64,000 bases of DNA from the NCBI RefSeq assembly GCF_009914755.1, contig NC_060948.1, one strand, 5' to 3'. Each line of letters opens with the position of its first letter. Positions within the stretch are counted from its first letter, which is position 1. The DNA comes from the human T2T-CHM13v2.0 reference genome, Homo sapiens. The notes under the pieces are model-generated. The model searched no databases, was not told where the DNA came from, and saw only the letters and a list, made by a program, of their open reading frames with translations. Shown piece after piece: positions 39,024-53,165 of the stretch. Made by a program: the position numbers and the translations under genes.

Positions 39024-42000
39024 CCTCTAATGGAATGTATTCGAGTGGAATGGAATCGAATATAATGGAGTCGAATGAAATGGAATTGAAAAGAATGGGA
39101 TCAAATACAATGGAATATACTGGAATGTAATGTAATGAACTCGAATGTAATTGACTGGAATGGAATGTACATGAATGGAATGTAATCGAATGGAAAGTAA
39201 TCCAATGGAATAGAAACTAATGCAATAAAATCGACTCAAATAGAGTAGAATGTAATGGAATGGAGTGCAGTGCAATGGAATGGAATGGAATGCAATGGAA
39301 TGGAATGGATTGGAATGGAATGGGATGGAATGGTGTGGAATGGATAGTAATGGACTGGTGTGAAATGGACTGGAAAGGAATGGACTCAAATTGAAAGGGC
39401 TCGAAAGGAATGGAGTCAAATGGAATGGTCTGGAATGGAATGAACACGAATGTAATGCAATCCAATAGAATGGAATCGAATGGCATGGAACATAAAGAAA
39501 TGGAATCGAAGAGAATGGAAACAAATGGAATGGAATTGAATGGAATGGAATTGAATGGAATGGGAAGGAATGGAGTGAAATTGTATGCAGTAGTAGAGAA
39601 TAGAATGGAATGCAAGTGAAAGGAAAGGAATGGATTGGAATGGAATGGAATTCATTGGAATGGAAGGGAATGTAGTGTAATGGACAGGCCTGGAATAAAG
39701 TGGAATGCTACGGTCTCGAATGGAATAAAAATGTATGGAATGGAATGCAATGAAACGGAATCGAATGTCATAGAATGTAATGGAATGCAACAAAATGGAA
39801 TCCAAAATCATTGACTGGAAAGGCTGGGTGTCGAAAGGAATTGACTCCAATGGAATGGAATCGAATGGAATGGAAGTGAATAGAATCGAACTAAATCGAA
39901 TGGAATGGAATTGATAGGAACGGAATGGAAAGGAATGCAATGATTTGGCATGGAATGGAATCGAATGGCATCGAATGGAATGGAATGGAATGCAATGGAA
40001 TGGAATGTATTAGAATGTAATGAACTTTAATGGAATGTACTCGAATGGATTCGACTGGAATGGAATGTTCTGGAAGTGAATGGACTCCAATGGAATGGAT
40101 TCAAAAGGAATGGAATCGTACGGAATGGAATCTAATGGAATGGAATTAAATGGAAATGAATCAAATTGAATAGCACGGAATTGAATTGAATGGAATGGAA
40201 TGCAATGGAATCTAATGAAACGGAAAGGAAAGGAATGGAATGGAATGGAATGGGCTGGAATGGAAAGGAATCGAAACGAATGGAATGGAATCGAACTGAA
40301 GAGACTGGAATGGAATGCACTGGAATGGAAGGGAGTGTAATGAAGGTTCTCGAAAAAAATGGAATCGACTGGAATGGAATTGAATGGAACGGAATAGAGT
40401 CGAATGGAATTGAATGGAATGGAATGGACTAGAGTGAAATGGAATCGAACCACAAGGAATGGACAGGAATAGAATGGTCTCGAATTGAATGGAATCGTAT
40501 GGAATGGCATCAAACGGAATGGAATGGACAGCCACGGAATGGAATGCACTCGAATGCAATGGAGTCGAAACTAATGGACTGGAATAGAATGGACTCGACT
40601 GGTACGGACTCCAATGGAATGGAATCGAATGGAAGGGAATCGAACGGAATGGACTCGAAGGGAAAGACTGCAATGGAAAGGTCTTGAATGGAATGGAAAT
40701 TAATGGAATGGAATGGAATCGAATGAAATGGAGTCAAAAGGAATGGAATCGAATGGCAAGAAATCGAATGTAATGGAATCGCAAGGAATTGATGTGAACG
40801 GAACGGAATGGAATGGAATCCAAAGGAATGGAATAGAATGGAATGGAATCGAATGGAAAGGACTCGAATGGAAATCACTCGAATAGAATGCAATTTAATA
40901 AAATAGGATCAAATGTAATGGAATGGAATGGAAAGGAATCGAAACGAAAGGAATGGAGACAGATGGAATGGAATGGAACAGAGAGCAATGGTATAGAATG
41001 GAATGGAATCATCTGGAATGGAATTGAATGGAATGGAATAATATGAAATGGAATGGAATGGAATGGAATGGAATGCCCTTGAATTAAATGGACTGGAATG
41101 GAATGGACTCGAACAGAGTGGAATGGAAAGTGTTGAGATAGAATGGAATGGACTCCTTTGGAATGGTGTAGTATGCAATGCAATCGACTGGCAGGGAATC
41201 AAAAGGAATGTAATCGAATGGATTGGACTGGAATGCAATGGACTCGAATAGATTGGAAACGGAATGCAAAGGAATGGAATGGAATAGTATGGAATGGAAT
41301 GGAAAGGAATGGAGTGGAATAGACTAGAGTGGAATGGAATGGACTGGAAAGCAATGGACTGGAATGGAACTTTCTTGAATGGACTGGAATCAAACGGAAT
41401 GGAATGCAATGCAATCAAATGGCATGGAATAAAATAGAATGAAAGAGAATCAAATGGAATTGAATCGAATGGAATCGAATGGATTGGAAAGGAATAGAAT
41501 GGAATGGAATGGAATTGACTCAAATGGAATGGACTAGAATGGAATGGATTCGAATGGAAGGCAAAGGAATGGAATCTATTGGAATGGACTGTAATGGAAT
41601 GGAATGGAAGGGATTGGAATGGACTCGAATGGAATGGACTGCAATAGAAAGGATTCGAATGGAATGAAAAAGAATTGAATGGAATAGAACAGAATGGAAT
41701 CAAATCGAATGAAATGGAATGGAATAGAAAGGAATGGAATGAAATGGAATGGAAAGGATTCGAATGGAATGCAATCGAATGGAATGGAATCGAACGGAAT
41801 GGAATAAAATGGAAGAAAACTGGCAAGAAATGGAATCGAAATGAATGGAGTGTTATGGAACAGACTCAAAAGGAATTGAATGTAATAGAATGGAGTGGAG
41901 TGGACTCGAATATAATGGACTGGAATGGAATGAAATCACATGGAATGGGAACGAATGGAATGGAATGGAAAGGAATGGAATCGAATGGAAAGGAATCGAA

Positions 42001-42564
42001 TGGAAGGGAATGAAATTGAATCAACAGGAATGGAAGGGAATAGAATAGACGGTAATGGAATGGACTCGAATAGAATGGACACGAATGCTCAAATTGAATG
42101 GACTCGAATGGAATGGAAACGAAAGGAATGTCATCGAATGGAATTGAATCGATTGGAATGAAATCGCATAGAATGGAGTGGAATCAAATGGAATTGAATC
42201 GAAAGGAAAGGAAGCGAATGGACTGAAATGAAATGGAATGGAATTGAATGGAAAGTAATGCAATGGAATAGAATGGAACGAAATTTCACGGAATGAATCA
42301 AACTGAATGGAATCAAATCAATGGAATCTAATCAAATGGAATGGAAAGGAATTGAATGGAGTAGATTGGATTGGATGGGATTGGAATGAAATGTACTGGA
42401 AAGGACTCGAATTTCATGAAACGGAATGGAATGAATTGGAACGGAACGGACTCGAATGGAATGGAATGTCATGGAATGGCATCAAATGGAATGGCATCAA
42501 ATGGAATGGAATCGAATGCAATGGAATGCTATGGAATGGAATGGAATGCATTGGAATGGAATGT
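39024..42564 (+). repeat. DYZ1 unit 12 (3541 bp), three 1-bp deletions
   Basis: Landmark spacing; deletions at ~40342, ~40664 and ~42295. Confidence 0.92.
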
Positions 42565-45500
42565 CCTCAAATGGAATGGATTCGAGTGGAATGGAATCGA
42601 ATATAATGGAGTCGAATGAAATGGAATTGAAAGGAATGGGATCGAATAGAATGGAATATACTGAAATGTAATGTAATGAACTCGAATGTAATTGACTGGA
42701 ATGGAATGTACATGAATGGAATGTAATCGAATGGAAAGTAATCCAATGGAATAGAATCTAATGCAATAAAACCGACTCAGATAGAGTAGAATGTAGTGGA
42801 ATGGAGTGCAGTGCAATGGAATGGAATGGAATTGAATGCAATGGAATGGAATGGAATGGAATGGTATGGAATGGATAGTAATGGACTGGAGTGAAATGGA
42901 CTGGAAAGGAATGGACTCAAATTGAAAGGGCTCGAAAGGAATGGAGTCAAATGGAATGGTCTGGAATGGAATGAAAACGAATGTAATGCAATCCAATAGA
43001 ATGGAAACGAATGGCATGGAATATAAAGAAATGGAATCGAAGAGAATGGAAACAAATGGAATGGAATTGAATGGAATGGAATTGAATGGAATGGGAACGA
43101 ATGGAGTGAAATTGTATGCAGTAGAAGGGAATAGAATGGAATGCAAGCGAAAGGAAAGGAATGGATTGGAATGGAATGGAATTCATTGGAATGGAAGGGA
43201 ATGTAGTGTAATGGACAGGCCTGGAATAAAGTGGAATGCTACGGTCTCGAATGGAATAAAAATGTATGGAAAGGAATGCAATGAAACGGAATCGAATGTC
43301 ATAGAATGTAATGGAATGCAACAAAATGGAATCCAAAATCATTGACTGGAAAGGCTGGGTGTCGAAAGGAATTGACTCCAATGGAATGGAATCGAATGGA
43401 ATGGAAGTGAATAGAATCGAACTAAATCGAATGGAATGGAATTGATAGGAACGGAATGGAAAGGAATGCAATGATTTGGCATGGAATGGAATCGAATGGC
43501 ATCGAATGGAATGGAATGGAATGCAATGGAATGGAATGTATTAGAATGTAATGAACTTTAATGGAATGTACTCGAATGGATTCGACTGGAATGGAATGTT
43601 CTGGAAGTGAATGGACTCCAATGGAATGGATTCAAAACGAATGGAATCGTACGGAATGGAATCTAATGGAATGGAATTAAATGGAAATGAATCAAATTGA
43701 ATAGCACGGAATTGAATTGAATGGAATCGAATGCAATGGAATCTAATGAAACGGAAAGGAAAGGAATGCAATGGAATGGAATGGGCTGGAATGGAAAGGA
43801 ATCGAAACGAATGGAATGGAATCGAACTGAAGAGACTGGAATGGAATGCACTGGAATGGAAGGGAGTGTAATGGAAGGTTCTCGAAAAAAATGGAATCGA
43901 ATGGAATGGAATTGAATGGAACGGAATAGAGTCGAATGGAATTGAATGGAATGGAATGGACTAGAGTGAAATGGAATCGAACCACAAGGAATGGAGAGGA
44001 ATAGAATGGTCTCGAATTGAATGGAATCGTATGGAATGGCATCAAACGGAATGGAATGGACAGCCACGGAATGGAATGCACTCGAATGCAATGGAGTCGA
44101 AACTAATGGACTGGAATAGAATGGACTCGACTGGTACGGACTCCAATGGAAGGGAATCGAACGGAAGGGAATCGAACGGAATGGACTCGAAGGGAAAAGA
44201 CTGCAATGGAAAGGTCTCGAATGGAATGGAAATTAATGGAATGGAATGGAATCGAATGAAATGGAGTCAAAAGGAATGGAATCGAATGGCAAGAAATCGA
44301 ATGTAATGGAATCGCAAGGAATTGATGTGAACGGAACGGAATGGAATGGAATCCAAAGGAATGGAATAGAATGGAATGGAATCGAATGGAAAGGACTCGA
44401 ATGGAAATCACTCGAATAGAATGCAATTTAATAAAATAGGATCAAATGTAATGGAATGGAATGGAAAGGAATCGAAACGAAAGGAATGGAGACAGATGGA
44501 ATGGAATGGAACAGAGAGCAATGGTATAGAATGGAATGGAATCATCAGGAATGGAATTGAATGGAATGGAATAATATGAAATGGAATGGAATGGAATGCC
44601 CTTGAATTAAATGGACTGGAATGGAATGGACTCGAACAGAGTGGAATGGAAAGTGTTGAGATAGAATGGAATGGACTCGTTTGGAATGGTCTAGTATGCA
44701 ATGCAATCGACTGGCAGGGAATCAAAAGGAATGTAATGGAATGGATTGGACTGGAATGCAATGGACTCGAATAGATTGGAAACGGAATGCAAAGGAATGG
44801 AATGGAATAGTATGGAATGGAATGGAAAGGAATGGAGTGGAATAGACTAGAGTGGAATGGAATGGACTGGAAAGCAATAGACTGGAATGGAACTTTCTTG
44901 AATGGACTGGAATCAAACGGAATGGAATGCAAGGCAATCAAATGGCATGGAATAAAATAGAATGAAAGAGAATCAAATGGAATTGAATCGAATGGAATCG
45001 AATGGATTGGAAAGGAATAGAATGGAATGGAATGGAATTGACTCAAATGGAATGGACTAGAATGGAATGGATTCGAATGGAAGGCAAAGGAATGGAATCT
45101 ATTGGAATGGACTGGAATGGAATGGAAGGAATTGGAATGGACTCGAATGGAATGGACTGCAATAGAAAGGATTCGAATGGAATGAAAAAGAATTGAATGG
45201 AATAGAACAGAATGGAATCAAATCGAATGAAATGGAATGGAATAGAAAGGAATGGAATGAAATGGAATGGAATGCAATCGAATGGAATGGAATCGAACGG
45301 AATGGAATAAAATGGAAGAAAACTGGCAAGAAATGGAATCGAAATGAATGGAGTGTTATGGAACGGACTCAAAAGGAATTGAATGTAATAGAATGGAGTG
45401 GAGTGGACTCGAATATAATGGACTGGAATGGAATGAAATCACATGGAATGGGAACGAATGGAATGGAATGGAAAGGAATGGAATCGAATGGAAAGGAATC

Positions 45501-46068
45501 GAATGGAAGGGAATGAAATTGAATCAACAGGAATGGAAGGGAATAGAATAGACGGTAATGGAATGGACTCGAATTGAATGGACACGAATGCTCAAATTGA
45601 ATGGACAAGAATGGAATGGAAACGAAAGGAATGTCATCGAATGGAATTGAATCGATTGGAATGAAATCGCATAGAATGGAGTGGAATCAAATGGAATTGA
45701 ATCGAAAGGAAAGGAAGCGAATGGACTGAAATGAAATGGAATGGAATTGAATGGAAAGTAATGCAATGGAATAGAATGGAACGAAATTTCACGGAATGGA
45801 ATCAAACTGAATGGAATCAAATCAATGGAATCTAATCAAATGGAATGGAAAGGAATTGAATGGAGTAGATTGGATTGGATGGGATTGGAATGAAATGTAC
45901 TGGAAAGGACTCGAATTTCATGAAACGGAATGGAATGAATTGGAACGGAATGGACTCGAATGGAATGGAATGTCATGGAATGGCATCAAATGGAATGGCA
46001 TCAAATGGAATGGAATCGAATGCAATGCAATGCTATGGAATGGAATGGAATGCATTGGAATGGAATGT
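42565..46068 (+). repeat. DYZ1 unit 13 (3504 bp), shortest, chimeric
   Basis: Starts cctcaaatgg; front resembles unit 11, back resembles units 1/14. Confidence 0.92.
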
Positions 46069-49000
46069 CCTCTAATGGAATGGATTCGAGTGGAATGGAA
46101 TCGAATATAATGGAGTCGAATGAAATGGAATTGAAAAGAATGGGATCGAATACAATGGAATATACTGGAATGTAATGTAATGAACTCGAATGTAATTGAC
46201 TGGAATGGAATGTACATGAATGGAATGTAATCGAATGGAAAGTAATCCAATGGAATAGAAACTAATGCAATAAAATCGACTCAAATAGAGTAGAATGTAA
46301 TGGAATGGAGTGCAGTGCAATGGAATGGAATGGAATGGAATGCAATGGAATGGAATGGAATGTTATGGAATGGAATGGAATGGATTGGAATGGGATGGAA
46401 TGGTATGGAATGGATAGTAATGGACTGGAGTGAAATGGACTGGAAAGGAATGGACTCAAATTGAAAGGGCTCGAAAGGAATGGAGACAAATGGAATAGTC
46501 TGGAATGGAATGAACACGAATGTAATGCAATCCAATAGAATGTAATCGAATGGCATGGAATATAAAGAAATGGAATCGAAGAGAATGGAAACAAATGGAA
46601 TGGAATTGAATGGAATGGAATTGAATGGAATGGGAACGAATGGAGTGAAATTGTATGCAGTAGAAGAGAATAGAATGGAATGCAAGCGAAAGGAAAGGAA
46701 TTGATTGGAATGGAATGGAATTCATTGGAATGGAAGGGAATGTAGTGTAATGGACAGGCCTGGAATAAAGTGGAATGCTACGGTCTCGAATGGAATAAAA
46801 ATGTATGGAATGGAATGCAATGAAACGGAATCGAATGTCATAGAATGTAATGGAATGCAACAAAATGGAATCCAAAATCATTGACTGGAAAGGCTGGGTG
46901 TCGAAAGGAATTGACTCCAATGGAATGGAATCGAATGGAATGGAAGTGAATAGAATCGAACTAAATCGAATGGAATGGAATTGATAGGAACGGAATGGAA
47001 AGGAATGCAATGATTTGGCACGGAATGGAATCGAATGGCATCGAACGGAATGGAATGGAATGCAATTGAATGGAACGTATTAGAATGTAATGAACTTTAA
47101 TGGAATGTACTCGAATGGATTCGACTGGAATGGAATGTTCTGGAAGTGAATGGACTCCAATGGAATGGATTCAAAAGGAATGGAATCGTACGGAATGGAA
47201 TCTAATGGAATGGAATTAAATGGAAATGAATCAAATTGAATAGCATGGAATTGAATTGAATGGAATCGAATGCAATGGAATCTAATGAAACGGAAAGGAA
47301 AGGAATGGAATGGAATGGAATGGGCTGGAATGGAAAGGAATCGAAACGAATGGAATGGAATCGAACTGACGAGACTGGAATGGAATGCACTGGAATGGAA
47401 GGGAGTGTAATGGAAGGTTCTCGAAAAAAATGGAATCGAATGGAATGGAATTGAATGGAACGGAATAGAGTCAAATGGATTTGAATGGAATGGAATGGAC
47501 TAGAGTGAAATGGAATCGAACCACAAGGAATGGACAGGAATAGAATGGTCTCGAATTGAATGGAATCGTATGGAATGGCATCAAACGGAATGGAATGGAC
47601 AGCCACGGAATGGAATGCACTCGAATGCAATGGAGTCGAAACTAATGGACTGGAATAGAATGGATTCGAGTGGTACGGACTCCAATGGAATGGAATCGAA
47701 TGGAAGGGAATCGAACGGAACGGACTCGTAGGGAAAAGACTGCAATGGAAAGGTCTCGAATGGAATGGAAATTAATGGAATGGAATGGAATCGAATGAAA
47801 TGGAGTCAAAAGGAATGGAATCGAATGGCAAGAAATCGAATGTAATGGAATCGCAAGGAATTGATGTGAACGGAACGGAATGGAATGGAATCCAAAGGAA
47901 TGGAATAGAATGGAATGGAATCGAATGGAAAGGACTCGAATGGAAATCACTCGAATAGAATGCAATTTAATAAAATAGGATCAAATGTAATGGAATGGAA
48001 TGGAAAGGAATCGAAACGAAAGGAATGGAGACAGATGGAATGGAATGGAACAGAGAGCAATGGTATAGAATGGAATGGAATCATCAGGAATGGAATAATA
48101 TGAAATGTAATGGAATGGAATGGAATGGAATGCCCTTGAATTAAATGGACTGGAATGGAATGGACTCGAACAGAGTGGAATGGAAAGTGTTGAGATAGAA
48201 TGGAATGGACTCGTTTGGAATGGTCTAGTATGCAATGCAATCGACTGGCAGGGAATCAAAAGGAATGTAATGGAATGGATTGGACTGGAATGCAATGGAC
48301 TCGAATAGATTGGAAACGGAATGCAAAGGAATGGAATGGAATAGTATGGAATGGAATGGAAAGGAATGGAGTGGAATAGACTAGAGTGGAATGGAATGGA
48401 CTGGAAAGCAATAGACTGGAATGGAACTTTCTTGAATGGACTGGAATCAAACGGAATGGAATGCAAGGCAATCAAATGGCATGGAATAAAATAGAATGAA
48501 AGAGAATCAAATGGAATTGAATCGAATGGAATCGAATGGATTCGAAAGGAATAGAATGGAATGGAATGGAATTGACTCAAATGGAATGGACTAGAATGGA
48601 ATGGATTCGAATGGAAGGCAAAGGAATGGAATCTATTGGAATGGACTGGAATGGAATGGAAGGGATTGGAATGGACTCGAATGGAATGGACTGCAATAGA
48701 AAGGATTCGAATGGAATGAAAAAGAATTGAATGGAATAGAACAGAATGGAATCAAATCGAATGAAATGGAATGGAATAGAAAGGAATGGAATGAAATGGA
48801 ATGGAATGCAATCCAATGGAATGGAATCGAACGGAATGGAATAAAATGGAAGAAAACTGGCAAGAAATGGAATCGAAATGAATGGAGTGTTATGGAACGG
48901 ACTCAAAAGGAATTGAATGTAATAGAATGGAGTGGAGTGGACTCGAATATAATGGACTGGAATGGAATGAAATCACATGGAATGGGAACGAATGGAATGG

Positions 49001-49602
49001 AATGGAAAGGAATGGAATCGAATGGAAAGGAATCGAATGGAAGGGAATGAAATTGAATCAACAGGAATGGAAGGGAATAGAATAGACGGTAATGGAATGG
49101 ACTCGAATTGAATGGACACGAATGCTCAAATTGAATGGACAAGAATGGAATGGAAACGAAAGGAATGTCATCGAATGGAATTGAATCGATTGGAATGAAA
49201 TCGCATAGAATGGAGTGGAATCAAATGGAATTGAATCGAAAGGAAAGGAAGCGAATGGACTGAAATGAAATGGAATGGAATTGAATGGAAAGTAATGCAA
49301 TGGAATAGAATGGAACGAAATTTCACGGAATGGAATCAAACTGAATGGAATCAAATCAATGGAATCTAATCAAATGGAATGGAAAGGAATTGAATGGAGT
49401 AGATTGGATTGGATGGGATTGGAATGAAATGTACTGGAAAGGACTCGAATTTCATGAAACGGAATGGAATGAATTGGAAAGGAATGGACTCGAATGGAAT
49501 GGAATGTCATGGAATGGCATCAAATGGAATGGCATCAAATGGAATGGAATCGAATGCAATGCAATGCTATGGAATGGAATGGAATGCATTGGAATGGAAT
49601 GT
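46069..49602 (+). repeat. DYZ1 unit 14 (3534 bp); start of second super-repeat copy
   Basis: ORF track of unit 1 recurs at +46068. Confidence 0.93.
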
Positions 49603-52600
49603 CCTCTAATGGAATGGATTCGAGTGGAATGGAATCGAATATAATGGAGTCGAATGAAATGGAATTGAAAAGAATGGGATCGAATACAATGGAATATACT
49701 GGAATGTAATGTAATGAACTCGAATGTAATTGACTGGAATGGAATGTACATGAATGGAATGTAATCGAATGGAAAGTAATCCAATGGAATAGAAACTAAT
49801 GCAATAAAATCGACTCAAATAGAGTAGAATGTAATGGAATGGAGTGCAGTGCAATGGAATGGAAAGGAATGGAATGCAATGGAATGGAATGGAATGTTAT
49901 GGAATGGAATGGAATGGATTGGAATGGGATGGAATGGTATGGAATGGATAGTAATGGACTGGAGTGAAATGGACTGGAAAGGAATGGACTCAAATTGAAA
50001 GGGCTCGAAAGGAATGGAGTCAAATGGAATAGTCTGGAATGGAATGAACACGAATGTAATGCAATCCAATAGAATGTAATCGAATGGCATGGAATATAAA
50101 GAAATGGAATCGAAGAGAATGGAAACAAATGGAATGGAATTGAATGGAATGGAATTGAATGGAATGGGAACGAATGGAGTGAAATTGTATGCAGTAGAAG
50201 AGAATAGAATGGAATGCAAGCGAAAGGAAAGGAATGGATTGGAATGGAATGGAATTCATTGGAATGGAAGGGAATGTAGTGTAATGGACAGGCCTGGAAT
50301 AAAGTGGAATGCTACGGTCTCGAATGGAATAAAAATGTATGGAATGGAATGCAATGAAACGGAATCGAATGTCATAGAATGTAATGGAATGCAACAAAAT
50401 GGAATCCAAAATCATTGACTGGAAAGGCTGGGTGTCGAAAGGAATTGACTCCAATGGAATGGAATCGAATGGAATGGAAGTGAATAGAATCGAACTAAAT
50501 CGAATGGAATGGAATTGATAGGAACGGAATGGAGAGGAATGCAATGATTTGGCATGGAATGCAATCGAATGGCATCGAATGGAATGGAATGGAATGCAAT
50601 GGAATGGAACGTATTAGAATGTAATGAACTTTAATGGAATGTACTCGAATGGATTCGACTGGAATGGAATGTTCTGGAAGTGAATGGACTCCAATGGAAT
50701 GGATTCCAAAGGAATGGAATCGTACGGAATGGAATCTAATGGAATGGAATTAAATGGAAATGAATCAAATTGAATAGCACGGAATTGAATTGAATGGAAT
50801 GGAATGCAATGGAATCTAATGAAACGGAAAGGAAAGGAATGGAATGGAATGGAATGGGCTGGAATGGAAAGGAATCGAAACGAATGGAATGGAATCGAAC
50901 TGAAGAGACTGGAATGGAATGCACTGGAATGGAAGGGAGTGTAATGGAAGGTTCTCGAAAAAAATGGAATCGAATGGAATGGAATTGAATGGAACGGAAT
51001 AGAGTCGAATGGAATTGAATGGAATGGAATGGACTAGAGTGAAATGGAATCGAACCACAAGGAATGGACAGGAATAGAATGGTCTCGAATTGAATGGAAT
51101 CGTATGGAATGGCATCAAACGGAATGGAATGGACAGCCACGGAATGGAATGCACTCGAATGCAATGGAGTCGAAACTAATGGACTGGAATAGAATGGACT
51201 CGACTGGTACGGACTCCAATGGAATGGAATCGAATGGAAGGGAATCGAACGGAATGGACTCGAAGGGAAAAGACTGCAATGGAAAGGTCTCGAATGGAAT
51301 GGAAATTAATGGAATGGAATGGAATCGAATGAAATGGAGTCAAAAGGAATGGAATCGAATGGCAAGAAATCGAATGTAATGGAATCGCAAGGAATTGATG
51401 TGAACGGAACGGAATGGAATGGAATCCAAAGGAATGGAATAGAATGGAATGGAATCGAATGGAAAGGACTCGAATGGAAATCACTCGAATAGAATGCAAT
51501 TTAATAAAATAGGATCAAATGTAATGGAATGGAATGGAAAGGAATCGAAACGAAAGGAATGGAGACAGATGGAATGGAATGGAACAGAGAGCAATGGTAT
51601 AGAATGGAATGGAATCATCTGGAATGGAATTGAATGGAATGGAATAATATGAAATGGAATGGAATGGAATGGAATGCCCTTGAATTAAATGGACTGGAAT
51701 GGAATGGACTCGAACAGAGTGGAATGGAAAGTGTTGAGATAGAATGGAATGGACTCGTTTGGAATGGTCTAGTATGCAATGCAATCGACTGGCAGGGAAT
51801 CAAAAGGAATGTAATGGAATGGATTGGACTGGAATGCAATGGACTCGAATAGATTGGAAACGGAATGCAAAGGAATGGAATGGAATAGTATGGAATGGAA
51901 TGGAAAGGAATGCAGTGGAATAGACTAGAGTGGAATGGAATGGACTGGAAAGCAATGGACTGGAATGGAACTTTATTGAATGGACTGGAATCAAACGGAA
52001 TGGAATGCAATGCAATCAAATGGCATGGAATAAAATAGAATGAAAGAGAATCAAATGGAATTGAATCGAATGGAATCGAATGGATTGGAAAGGAATAGAA
52101 TGGAATGGAATGGAATTGACTCAAATCAATGGACTAGAATGGAATGGATTCGAATGGAAGGCAAAGGAATGGAATCTATTGGAATGGACTGTAATGGAAT
52201 GGAATGGAAGGGATTGGAATGGACTCGAATGGAATGGACTGCAATAGAAAGGATTCGAATGGAATGAAAAAGAATTGAATGGAATAGAACAGAATGGAAT
52301 CAAATCGAATGAAATGGAATGGAATAGAAAGGAATGGAATGAAATGGAATGGAAAGGATTCGAATGGAATGCAATCGAATGGAATGGTATCGAACGGAAT
52401 GGAATAAAATGGAAGAAAACTGGCAAGAAATGGAATCGAAATGAATGGAGTGTTATGGAACGGACTCAAAAGGAATTGAATGTAATAGAATGGAGTGGAG
52501 TGGACTCGAATATAATGGACTGGAATGGAATGAAATCACATGGAATGGGAACGAATGGAATGGAATGGAAAGGAATGGAATCGAATGGAAAGGAATCGAA

Positions 52601-53165
52601 TGGAAGGGAATGAAATTGAATCAACAGGAATGGAAGGGAATAGAATAGACGGTAATGGAATGGACTCGAATAGAATGGACACGAATGCTCAAATTGAATG
52701 GACTCGAATGGAATGGAAACGAAAGGAATGTCATCGAATGGAATTGAATCGATTGGAATGAAATCGCATAGAATGGAGTGGAATCAAATGGAATTGAATC
52801 GAAAGGAAAGGAAGCGAATGGACTGAAATGAAATGGAATGGAATTGAATGGAAAGTAATGCAATGGAATAGAATGGAACGAAATTTCACGGAATGGAATC
52901 AAACTGAATGGAATCAAACCAATGGAATCAAATCAAATGGAATGGAAAGGAATTGAATGGAGTAGATTGGATTGGATGGGATTGGAATGAAATGTACTGG
53001 AAAGGACTCGAATTTCATGAAACGGAATGGAATGAATTGGAACGGAACGGACTCGAATGGAATGGAATGTCATGGAATGGCATCAAATGGAATGGCATCA
53101 AATGGAATGGAATCGAATGCAATGGAATGCTATGGAATGGAATGGAATGCATTTTAATGGAATGT
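49603..53165 (+). repeat. DYZ1 unit 15 (3563 bp)
   Basis: Unit 2 at +46068, including the -1 variant at ~52127. Confidence 0.93.

Larger units (their letters stand above)
1..46068 (+). repeat. 13-unit super-repeat / intra-array segmental duplication period (46,068 bp); phase arbitrary
   Basis: ORF coordinates and unit-private variants from 1-14,100 recur at exactly +46068 (4->46072, 5972->52040, 13948->60016). Confidence 0.9.
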
